Origin: Gammaproteobacteria bacterium
GTDB taxonomy: Bacteria; Pseudomonadota; Gammaproteobacteria; Natronospirales; REEB76
Length of the DNA stretch: 64,000 bases
Assembly: GCA_049591615.1 (NCBI GenBank)
Contig: JBAWFD010000078.1
Location: forward strand, 5,340-69,339
Reading direction: 5' to 3'
A program made the translations under genes and the position numbers. Below, one piece after another: positions 12,378 to 20,768 of the stretch. The notes under the pieces are model-generated. The model was not told the DNA's origin. It made no database searches and worked only from the letters and a program-made list of their open reading frames with translations. Numbering within the stretch: the first letter of the stretch is position 1; each line of letters begins with the position of its first letter.

Positions 12378-13256
12378 TCAATCGCTTTCTTTCGTCAGCT
12401 GTTCGCGGATGGATTGCAACTCCCGCTTGCGCTCGGCACTGGTCTTCGGGTAACTCATCTTCAAATCTTCAAGAGTATCCAGGATGATCCTGGACACGAT
12501 CAGCCGCGCATTCTCCTTGTCATCGGCGGGCACCACATACCAGGGTGAATCACGGGTGCTGGTGGCAGCCAGACATTCCTCAAAGGCCTGCATGTATTTT
12601 TTCCAGAACTTCCGTTCCTGGATGTCCGCAAGACTGAACTTCCAGTTCTTTTCCGGTTGATCGATGCGCTCCAGGAACCGCTTGCGTTGCTCTTCCTTGG
12701 AAAGATGCAGGTAGAACTTGATGACGCGGGTGCCGTTGCAATGCAGGTGCCGCTCCAGATTCTTGATGGAACGATAACGGTCGTGCCAGATCACTTCGTC
12801 GTCGTGCGGCGCGTCCGGGAGTCCTTCGCTCTGGAGTAACTCAGGATGCACCCGTAGGATCAATACTTCCTCATAGTAGGATCGGTTAAAGATCCCGATC
12901 TTTCCACGTGATGGCAGGTCGCGTGTGGTGCGCCACAGAAAATCGTGTGCCAATTCGGTGGCGCTGGGGTGCTTGAAACTGAACACCTGGCAACCCTGCG
13001 GGTTGACTCCGGACATCACGTGCTTGATGGCGCCGTCCTTGCCGGCTGCATCCATGGCCTGGAATATCAGCAGGATGGCATGGCGGTTGGATGCGTATAA
13101 CAGCTCTTGTTGCTCACTCAATTGCGCGACATGCTGTTCCAGCAATTTCTGGTATTGGTCCTTGGATTTGTAGACGGGCTCGGCAATCGTGGGCCTCTTG
13201 TGCAATTTGACCTGATCACCTTCGTGTACGCGGAAGTCTTTCGGATTTATTCTCAT
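12378..13256 (-). CDS. ppk2: Polyphosphate kinase 2 family protein (single PPK2 domain)
   Basis: 292 aa with P-loop-like [11 protein letters not shown] plus RSYYEEVLI and WHDRY segments typical of PPK2. Confidence 0.85.
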   Translation of the reverse strand: MRINPKDFRVHEGDQVKLHKRPTIAEPVYKSKDQYQKLLEQHVAQLSEQQELLYASNRHAILLIFQAMDAAGKDGAIKHVMSGVNPQGCQVFSFKHPSATELAHDFLWRTTRDLPSRGKIGIFNRSYYEEVLILRVHPELLQSEGLPDAPHDDEVIWHDRYRSIKNLERHLHCNGTRVIKFYLHLSKEEQRKRFLERIDQPEKNWKFSLADIQERKFWKKYMQAFEECLAATSTRDSPWYVVPADDKENARLIVSRIILDTLEDLKMSYPKTSAERKRELQSIREQLTKESD

Positions 13257-13316
13257 AGCTATCCTTACGGCGATGCTCGCCGTCTACGTTGCATCGATGT
13301 ATATGAAAGTTTCATC

Positions 13317-15818
13317 TTACTGCGTCATCGCCACAGGTTTTCTGCCCAACAGCGGCGCGGCCATCGGATCGAATATCCGGTAGGCCAGCAGTTTCACCCG
13401 GTCTGTCAGCAACGCCCAGGCCAGGGCATAGCCCCAGACGAATAGCGCCCAACTCCACCCGATGGGCGTCATGATCGACAACCCGTATACGGCAACTAGC
13501 GTCGCCAAAGTTTGTGCGCCACCTGTAGCGACCAATAAGATCCGCGCGGGACGGATGGACCAGAATGGTCCACGGGTACGCGTGAGATAAATGGTCAGTT
13601 GCCCGGCCACAGACAACATCAGGTACATGAGTGTTTGGAGGTGCGGATGGTCGAGGTGAAAGATGCGATCACCTAGAAAAAACAGCCCAAAGGCGGCTAT
13701 GGGGCCGACCAGCCCCATTACCGTAGCAATCCCCAACACCAGTCGCATATTCCATATTTCCGGCTTGTCCTTGTAATGTACGTTGTCGTAGGCAATGGAC
13801 AGGATGGCGCCGTCGTTGAGTAACGCAAGTATCACTATCATCACTGCCGTCAACGGGTAAAAATTGAAGATCAGGATCGCCAGGGTCATGAATACCAGTA
13901 CGCGCAGGGTCTCGGAGATACGGTAGATGGCGTAACTGTTCATGCGCTGGAAGATCTTGCGGCTCTCCTTGATGGCCTCGATGATCACCGAGAGGCCGGA
14001 GGCCAGCAGCACGATGGAGGCCGCAGCGCGCGCCGCATCGGTGGCGCCTGACACCGCAATGCCGCAGTCGGCTTTCTTGAGCGCCGGGGCATCGTTCACA
14101 CCATCGCCGGTCATGCCGACGATGTGGCCGAGTTTCTGCAGCACATCCACGATGTGGAATTTGTGTTCTGGGAAGACCTGGGCAAAACCATCGGCCTTCT
14201 CAATGGAGGTTTGCGATTGTGCCGTCTCTTGCTTGTGCGCGTCACCCAAACCGCTGGCGTCTAGGATATTTGTGCCCAGTCCCAGTTGCCGGGCGGTTTC
14301 CTGGGCGATGGCCAGTTGATCACCGGTCACCATCTTGACGCTCACGCCCATCTGCCGAGCATCTGCGAGGGTGGTTTTCGCCTGCGGGCGCGGCGGATCG
14401 AACAAGGGCAACACGCCGATGAACTGCCATCGGCCTTTACGATCGGCACGCGCCACGCCCAGGGAACGGAACCCGCGCTTGGCAAACCCATCCACGGCTT
14501 TGTCGACATCGCGTTTCACCTTGGCATTTTTGGCAGCCATCGCCAGGATCACCTGCGGCGCGCCTTTGGCCACAAAAAACTGTCTTCCTTTCGATGTTTT
14601 GACCGTGGCCTCGGTGCGCTTGTGCACCGGGTCGAAGGGTTGGAAATGAAGGACCTTATAGCTCTTCAATACCTTCGAATCCTTCAAACCGCCGATCACA
14701 GCCAAATCGATGGTGTCCTTGTCTTCAGCACGCGAAGCGAGTGCGGCACACAGGATCACTTGCTCGGAAGGAACACTGCCGACGCAGAACGGATCGCCCA
14801 GTGTCAATTTGTTCTGGGTGAGAGTGCCGGTCTTGTCCGAGCACAGCACGTCCACGCCCGCTAATTCCTCGATGGCCGCCAGCCGCGTCACGATGGCTTC
14901 CTTCTTTGCCAGCAGTCGTGCGCCCACCGCCATGGTCACCGACAATACCGTGGGCAGCGCCACTGGGATTGCAGCCACCGTCAGCACCAAGGCGAACTGC
15001 AAGGTGCCGAGTATCGGGTCGCCGCGGAACAACGCTACGGCCACGATCAGCACCACCAGCGCTACGGCCAGGATAATCAGGTAATCGCCGATCTTGAGCA
15101 CTGCGCGCTGGAAATGGCTGACGGTATGTGCCTCCTGCACCAACTCCGTGGTCTTGCCGAAATAGGTATTCTCGCCGGTGGCATACACCAGCGCGTCGCT
15201 CTCACCCTGGCGGATGATCGAGCCTGAATACACCGCCTCACCGGCTTTGCGCGTGGCTGGAAGCGATTCGCCCGTCAATGCGGACTGATCCACTTCCACT
15301 GGATCTCCCGCCAGTAAGCGCACATCAGCCGGCACGATATCACCCAGGCGCACGCGGATGACGTCGCCCGGTACCAATTCCCGCGCCCCCACGCTCACCC
15401 ATTTGCCATCCCGCTTAACCAGAGCCTTGATCGCCAGCTTGGCCTTCAGGGCGGCGATGGCGTTACCGGCCTGGTGTTCTTCCCAGAAACCGACCACGGC
15501 ATTGGAGACCAGCAATAAAAATATGATGAAAAAATCCAGCCAGTGGCGGAGGACACCGGAGAGGATCACCGCCGCTTCAATCATCCATGGGATCGGACCC
15601 CAGAAATAGCTGAGGAATTTTAGAAGCGGGTTGGTTTCCTTTTCGACGATGGCGTTCGGCCCATACTGGGTCAGTCGCTTCTGAGCTTCGGCTGAACTCA
15701 GTCCGTTCGGCGTTGCACCCAATTTCTTTTCCAACTCAGCCAGGGGTAAAGATTTCAAATCGTCTTTTGCATTGGGTTTTGATTCGGGGACCTTGGATTT
15801 AACGGTGCTGTTTTTCAT
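13317..15818 (-). CDS. P-type ATPase, type IIIA (plasma-membrane H+-ATPase-like)
   Basis: 833 aa. Motifs: TGES, phosphorylation site CSDKTGTLT, MVTGDQLAIAQETARQLGLG, GDGVNDAPALKKADCGIAVSGATDAARAAASIV and TM6 LLNDGAILSIAYD. The N-terminus LSSAEAQKRLTQYGPNAIVEKETNPLLKFLSYFWGPIPWMIEAA closely parallels plant AHA / fungal Pma1 proteins. Confidence 0.9.
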   Translation of the reverse strand: MKNSTVKSKVPESKPNAKDDLKSLPLAELEKKLGATPNGLSSAEAQKRLTQYGPNAIVEKETNPLLKFLSYFWGPIPWMIEAAVILSGVLRHWLDFFIIFLLLVSNAVVGFWEEHQAGNAIAALKAKLAIKALVKRDGKWVSVGARELVPGDVIRVRLGDIVPADVRLLAGDPVEVDQSALTGESLPATRKAGEAVYSGSIIRQGESDALVYATGENTYFGKTTELVQEAHTVSHFQRAVLKIGDYLIILAVALVVLIVAVALFRGDPILGTLQFALVLTVAAIPVALPTVLSVTMAVGARLLAKKEAIVTRLAAIEELAGVDVLCSDKTGTLTQNKLTLGDPFCVGSVPSEQVILCAALASRAEDKDTIDLAVIGGLKDSKVLKSYKVLHFQPFDPVHKRTEATVKTSKGRQFFVAKGAPQVILAMAAKNAKVKRDVDKAVDGFAKRGFRSLGVARADRKGRWQFIGVLPLFDPPRPQAKTTLADARQMGVSVKMVTGDQLAIAQETARQLGLGTNILDASGLGDAHKQETAQSQTSIEKADGFAQVFPEHKFHIVDVLQKLGHIVGMTGDGVNDAPALKKADCGIAVSGATDAARAAASIVLLASGLSVIIEAIKESRKIFQRMNSYAIYRISETLRVLVFMTLAILIFNFYPLTAVMIVILALLNDGAILSIAYDNVHYKDKPEIWNMRLVLGIATVMGLVGPIAAFGLFFLGDRIFHLDHPHLQTLMYLMLSVAGQLTIYLTRTRGPFWSIRPARILLVATGGAQTLATLVAVYGLSIMTPIGWSWALFVWGYALAWALLTDRVKLLAYRIFDPMAAPLLGRKPVAMTQ

Positions 15819-15894
15819 AATGACCGGATCTTGCCAGGCGGTAATTTCGGGAACGCGGATTTCTTATGACCGTCCAATCAGAGTAACAAAGAAG

Positions 15895-16437
15895 TTATTG
15901 TGAATGCGGGCGAATGAGAATGATGACGGTATTACTCATGATATTGTTTGGCACAATGATGAGCTGTCCCTCTGCATCACGCAATACCGTGTAACCAAGC
16001 GATAAGGCATGCACGGTCCCTGTGGTCAGTCCTTTGGGCGTGTTGATCTGAATCTCATCGCCGATGCGAAACGGACGGTACAGCACCAGGGAGAAACCCG
16101 CGATCAGGTTGCCCAGGGTGTTTTGTGCGGCGAGCCCGATGATGATCGAGACTATGCCGGCACTCGCCAGCATGGTTGTTCCCAGGGCACGCAGCGATGG
16201 GATCAGGTGTGCATAGATGATGAACGCTACCAGGAAAACCAGGGCTCGCAAAAATTGCGTGACAAATTTCAGGGCGGTGAGGTCAGAAAGATGTGCCCGG
16301 CTGCGGTCGGCGACCACACGCACGACACGGGCACCGATGAATGCTAGGACCAGCAATATCAAACCATAGATCAGGGCGCCCAATAAATGCGTGGGGTCAA
16401 AAAATTCCGCTAGCGTGTGTGAAAAGATGCTATTCAT
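15895..16437 (-). CDS. Short MscS-family mechanosensitive channel-like protein
   Basis: 180 aa with three TM helices and the MscS pore/beta region GLAAQNTLGNLIAGFSLVLYRPFRIGDEIQI. The protein ends soon after the beta domain. The first ATG is at 16437; the ORF-track start at 16440 is TTG. Confidence 0.75.
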   Translation of the reverse strand: MNSIFSHTLAEFFDPTHLLGALIYGLILLVLAFIGARVVRVVADRSRAHLSDLTALKFVTQFLRALVFLVAFIIYAHLIPSLRALGTTMLASAGIVSIIIGLAAQNTLGNLIAGFSLVLYRPFRIGDEIQINTPKGLTTGTVHALSLGYTVLRDAEGQLIIVPNNIMSNTVIILIRPHSQ

Positions 16438-16531
16438 CAATACACATTATTCCTATTGCTCATGTGACCTTAACTTACCGTCATCCCCTTCCGACAACCT
16501 ATAACGGTCGTTCAAAAAGTACATACGCCGA

Positions 16532-17173
16532 TTAGAAAACTCTATCTGTAGATCGAAACACCACAGGACCATTCTGCAGGAATGTTCCAATACTAATGGA
16601 GCGTGTCTTCTCAGGTAAGGCAACCCAAACAGGCCCATCCCCTTCAATTCGTAAGTTGAATGTCAGCACTATACCGCCCGACGGAGGTGAAATGACGTCG
16701 TAATTGTAGTTCCAACGCAACACCGGACCTGCTCCCTCAGATAACGGCGTGTGTGCGAATTCAACCATATCCTTTGCAGCGGGAAATACATCGAGATATT
16801 CTGTTACTGCATTAGTGCCTCGACCTACACCAAAATCCAAGAGTATGTAACTGACTCCATGTGCGTCGGCGACTACATTTGCAGTAGCTTTACCATAAGA
16901 ACTGCAAAATGGAATCTCTTCTAGAGTTTTCGAACCTTCATAAACAATTAAGGTCATATCATCGTCAGCGAGACCGCCGCAAAACGTGCTCTCCACTGCC
17001 TGGAGTTTTCCTGTTAAACCGGGAATGACCTTTACCGTCACGACTTTAGCAGCGGCAGTGGATGCATTTGCAGAACTTAGATCAACTGGCGCAGCAGCGA
17101 AGACCACGCCTATTTGGGTAGTACTCATTGCGACGAAAATGATCCAACTAACAGAACGGCCTTTGAATTTCAT
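16532..17173 (-). CDS. Hypothetical secreted protein (no family recognised)
   Basis: 213-aa ORF with an N-terminal signal-like segment (WIIFVAMSTTQIGVVFAAAP). It fills an otherwise empty gap on the same strand as its neighbours. Hand-counted G+C is about 48%. Confidence 0.6.
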   Translation of the reverse strand: MKFKGRSVSWIIFVAMSTTQIGVVFAAAPVDLSSANASTAAAKVVTVKVIPGLTGKLQAVESTFCGGLADDDMTLIVYEGSKTLEEIPFCSSYGKATANVVADAHGVSYILLDFGVGRGTNAVTEYLDVFPAAKDMVEFAHTPLSEGAGPVLRWNYNYDVISPPSGGIVLTFNLRIEGDGPVWVALPEKTRSISIGTFLQNGPVVFRSTDRVF

Positions 17174-17284
17174 TTCGTCAGGTTCCGCATGAAATGGCGA
17201 TAGTTCTTACTTGGCTTAAAGTATTGCTTTATTCCCAGTGCTCGCTTTTGGCCAAAACCGAAAGCAATCGTACACACCTACATG

Positions 17285-18049
17285 TTATACCTCGAATATC
17301 AGGCTGCAACAGGATACGCCGCCCTCAGCCTTGGCGAGTTCTGAAGCATCCACTGTACGTAAATCGATACCTTGAGCCTTCAGTTTTTGGCGTGTCGTCG
17401 GAAATGCTTCTGGATATATCAGGGTATTGTAAATTCGTACCGCATTGGCGGCAAATGGCTCCTGCGGTGCAATCTCAATGAATCTCATATTTCCAAAAGG
17501 ATTGGAATCGACCCATTGCTTGTTAATTAGCAGCGTGTCATCAGCGACCCGGGTCACGCCGCTTTTCAGATGCAGACAATCGTGTAATTCAACAGCGGTC
17601 ACTATATAGCCGTAGGCCGAGAGAATCTTGCGTAACTGATCGATGCCCTGTTGATTGCTGCGGTGAGACAGTCCCACATATAAAGATTTGCCGACTTGCA
17701 ATACATCACCACCATCCAATGTGCCGGGCGGCTCGATGTAAATCAGCTTGCGATATTTTTTAAGGATTTCGGCGACCGATGTTGTCTCAGGGCGCCGGGA
17801 TTCCGCACCCGGACGGGTGATTACCGCCAGCTCGTCCAACACGATGGCGGTGTCTTCCACGAAGACCGAATCCGGCAATTCGGGTTCGGCGGGCAGTTTG
17901 ATGAGTTTGCAGCCCAGCTCCACCAACAGTTCTTCGTATTGCCGATGCTGCGTCTTGGCACGCTCGAGATCGATGGGTTCGCGCGCCAGATGCGTCAGTT
18001 CACATCGCGTTATATTCGAACTGACTGCCCTGGTGATGGTGACAAGCAT
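17285..18049 (-). CDS. Dimethylarginine dimethylaminohydrolase (DDAH)/amidinotransferase-fold protein
   Basis: 254 aa of the pentein-fold guanidino-modifying family. Recognised by VFVEDTAIV, the LHLKS region and the C-terminal catalytic Cys context GGVSCCSLIF. Confidence 0.8.
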   Translation of the reverse strand: MLVTITRAVSSNITRCELTHLAREPIDLERAKTQHRQYEELLVELGCKLIKLPAEPELPDSVFVEDTAIVLDELAVITRPGAESRRPETTSVAEILKKYRKLIYIEPPGTLDGGDVLQVGKSLYVGLSHRSNQQGIDQLRKILSAYGYIVTAVELHDCLHLKSGVTRVADDTLLINKQWVDSNPFGNMRFIEIAPQEPFAANAVRIYNTLIYPEAFPTTRQKLKAQGIDLRTVDASELAKAEGGVSCCSLIFEV

Positions 18050-18094
18050 CGAATGTTGATCCGAAGTTCTATAAAAACCTTACTATTTCTTGTT

Positions 18095-19201
18095 TTAAGC
18101 TTCGCGGTAGGCTTTGCGCGCCAGCTCCTGAAAATGGTAAACACCAGCTTCGCGCTTGGGTGACAGACGACCCGCCCGGTAGGCGCCGGATTCCAGCCCC
18201 GACTGCACACGTTCGCAGATGCCGATGTCTTCTTTCTGCACTTCGTTGCTGAAACGCAGATCCTGCTCGATCATGTCGCGCGCTGCTGCGGATTCGATGT
18301 CTGCATAGTAGTAATCGAACACCACCCGGCATTGGCGCTGCGAGACCGGCAGCACTCGGTTGACCTGCAGCCGTCCCGGAAGGATGTTGAGCATCAGGTT
18401 GGGGAAGATGAAATAGTAATGGGCTTCTCCGGACTGGTAGGGCCCCTGGGACCCGTCCAGTGGACTGTGCTGCCAGGAATACCAATCGGCTGTATGCGTG
18501 GTATAGCTACGGTAATCCAGCAACTTGTTCAGCCCGGGATGCACCTGCGACAGGTGATAACCTTCCAGATAATTGTCCACATACACCTTCCAGTTACAGG
18601 CCATCTCATAGTAAACCTGGGTATGGAACTGCAGTTGCGAGAGTTCGATAGGCACGATGCGTTCTTTGATTCCAGCCAACAACTGTTCAAGTTTTACAGC
18701 GGGCTCATGCAGCGCCACGAAAACCAGGCCCTGCCATTCACCCACCTGCACCGCATCCAGATGGACGCAGGCCATGTCGAAGTCTTTGGCTTCCTGCATC
18801 TCATGGGCCGCGCGCAGCTGGCCTTCTAGGGTGTAGGTCCAGCCGTGATACTTGCACTGCAGCTGCCGGGCGTTGCCGTTCTCAAGCGCCAACGGTCCGG
18901 CGCGATGCTTGCAGACATTGAAGAAGCCGCGCAGCACCCCGTCGTTGCCGCGCACCAGGATCACGGGCTTGCCGACAATCTCAACCACCACATGATCGCC
19001 CGTATTACGCAGTTGATCGACGCGTCCGGCAAGCTGCCAATTTTTTGCAAAGATGACTTCTCGATCGAACGCGCGAAATTCGGGATCTGCATAGACATAA
19101 GCCGGCAGTGTTACTGCCTCGGCCAGCGGTTTCGATGCCAGGTCTTCCGCTCGCAAATTGGCGGGAGCATGGTTATTGGGCTTCTGCGCTACAGTTTTCA
19201 T
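18095..19201 (-). CDS. Rieske [2Fe-2S] non-heme iron oxygenase alpha subunit (choline-monooxygenase-like)
   Basis: Rieske motif CKHRAGPL...CKYHGWTY, with a catalytic-domain His/Asp region (NYLEGYHLSQVHPG). The ORF-track start at 19237 is TTG; I used the first ATG at 19201 (MKTVAQK). Confidence 0.8.
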   Translation of the reverse strand: MKTVAQKPNNHAPANLRAEDLASKPLAEAVTLPAYVYADPEFRAFDREVIFAKNWQLAGRVDQLRNTGDHVVVEIVGKPVILVRGNDGVLRGFFNVCKHRAGPLALENGNARQLQCKYHGWTYTLEGQLRAAHEMQEAKDFDMACVHLDAVQVGEWQGLVFVALHEPAVKLEQLLAGIKERIVPIELSQLQFHTQVYYEMACNWKVYVDNYLEGYHLSQVHPGLNKLLDYRSYTTHTADWYSWQHSPLDGSQGPYQSGEAHYYFIFPNLMLNILPGRLQVNRVLPVSQRQCRVVFDYYYADIESAAARDMIEQDLRFSNEVQKEDIGICERVQSGLESGAYRAGRLSPKREAGVYHFQELARKAYREA

Positions 19202-19246
19202 CACAAAGCAGCATACCAGCAAGCGGCTACCCGCCAAATGGGAATA

Positions 19247-19785
19247 CTAGAAGCTTGAATCGGCTCGCGACAGGAATTCGATTTCTTCAGCAGCGGAAAT
19301 CCGACTCAATACCGTGTTGCGGTGCGGAAAACGGCCGAAATGGTCGATGCTAGCTTTGTGCCTAAGTTCGTATTTCAGGTTGAACTCCATCCCCGGCTGA
19401 TCGAATAACTGCACCACAAGCTCGTGAATTCGCGGTGATTCGCTGTGCATATACGGCATATACATGAGACTTTGCGGGTCGCTGGTAATGACTGATCAGC
19501 GCCGGCATGTATCGCTTCCTGTGCCAGTACTAATGCCATCCCGTCACAGGCGAAGGTTTCCGGCCGGTCGCGGAAAATATTGCGCGAGAATTGGTCAAGC
19601 ACAATGATTTCCGCCAGTCGCCCATCCGGCGTGCCCCGCCAGATGGATAACTCGCCGCGGGATGCCGACAAGTGAAATTCCATGAATCGTTCAGCAATCA
19701 GCGCATCGAGTCTCTTGTCCTTCTCGAAATGCTGTTTTGGCGAAAGTTTATCGAACCAGAAAGTTAGAACGTCCTTGGCTTCCAT
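19247..19785 (-). pseudogene. DUF924 family gene interrupted by a frameshift (or an assembly indel)
   Basis: Two overlapping ORFs (19375-19806 and 19247-19465) in different frames together cover one DUF924-type protein. The N-part has FWF...LDQFSRNIFR and the C-part has MYMPYMHSE...HFGRFPHRN. The frames switch within about 19466-19497. Confidence 0.7.
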
Positions 19786-19840
19786 GGCGGGCCGTGAACT
19801 CAGCAATCACATATTTGCGTGAATAATCTTAACACTGTGT

Positions 19841-20683
19841 TTAAGCGGAATTTTTTATACGAAATGACTCCGCAATCAACTGGCTATCGAAACCATCTGG
19901 GGCCTTGCCGTCCGTGGCGTAACGGTAAATGGCCACCTGATAGACGGTCTGCAAAGCGGATTGCACCAGCGCCAGGGCTATCAAATAGATCACCACGAGC
20001 GGGACTATGACCATCAGTGTCACCGGGTTGATGATGGAGCCTAACAAGACGGTCACGACCACCGGCACGATCCCCAGCAACAGGAATACCAGCCCGAAGC
20101 TCACGTTGCCAATGAGCTGTTCGCCCCAGGTGCGCTTGAGCATCTCCACCGAGCGTTTGTACGCATCAATCGGACCATCACCCTCGGCCACCAACACCGG
20201 CACCACGAGAAACGCGGTCACTGTCCAGGCCATGCCGAGCAGGCCGACCACGATCCTGCCGATGAAGCCGACGCGCTCTTCGATCAGGCGCAATAGAAAA
20301 CCCACGGTGCTCGCGAGCAGTGCCCAGCCAAAAATCTGCGGCAACCGCTGCCAGGCGGCGCTCCATCCGTCGCCGAGCGTCGGCTGGTCGCCATCCATCT
20401 GCTTCAGAACACAGGCAATCAGCGCCGAATTGCAAAAGATCATCACAAAATAACTGATGAAATAGAAAAGGAACAAAGCAAAATACATCTGACGTGCAGG
20501 GTGGTTCGAATCGCTTGCGTAACGTTGGGCCTCGCCGCTGGAATACAGCGGCACTCCGAACAACAGAATCACGAACACGAGCGCCACGCCCGAAACCAGC
20601 GGAAACACGATCAGCTTCTTGTTCTGTTTCAGCAGTTGCCACGATGCGCCCATCAGCTGCCAAGTGCGTGCGAATTTCCCCAT
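19841..20683 (-). CDS. Polytopic membrane protein, DUF6159-like (family name from memory)
   Basis: I set the start at MGKFARTWQLMGASWQLLKQNKKL (ATG 20681-20683). The longer ORF (to 20866) would overlap the S9 peptidase 3' end by about 100 nt. Confidence 0.65.
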   Translation of the reverse strand: MGKFARTWQLMGASWQLLKQNKKLIVFPLVSGVALVFVILLFGVPLYSSGEAQRYASDSNHPARQMYFALFLFYFISYFVMIFCNSALIACVLKQMDGDQPTLGDGWSAAWQRLPQIFGWALLASTVGFLLRLIEERVGFIGRIVVGLLGMAWTVTAFLVVPVLVAEGDGPIDAYKRSVEMLKRTWGEQLIGNVSFGLVFLLLGIVPVVVTVLLGSIINPVTLMVIVPLVVIYLIALALVQSALQTVYQVAIYRYATDGKAPDGFDSQLIAESFRIKNSA

Positions 20684-20768
20684 GTGTGCTTCTCCCGTTG
20701 AGCCTATGTGGCACCCGGAATAGTGCCCCAAGCATGGGACGGGTGCCAGTCCCCACTGGGGTAGCTGG

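Noticed and set aside
13262-13283. Hairpin ACGGCGA-tgc-TCGCCGT between the P-type ATPase and ppk2 as a terminator
   Set aside because: It is a 7-bp stem with a 3-nt loop and no following U-tract on the transcribed (minus) strand. It more likely reflects a chance palindrome in a 60-nt intercistronic spacer.
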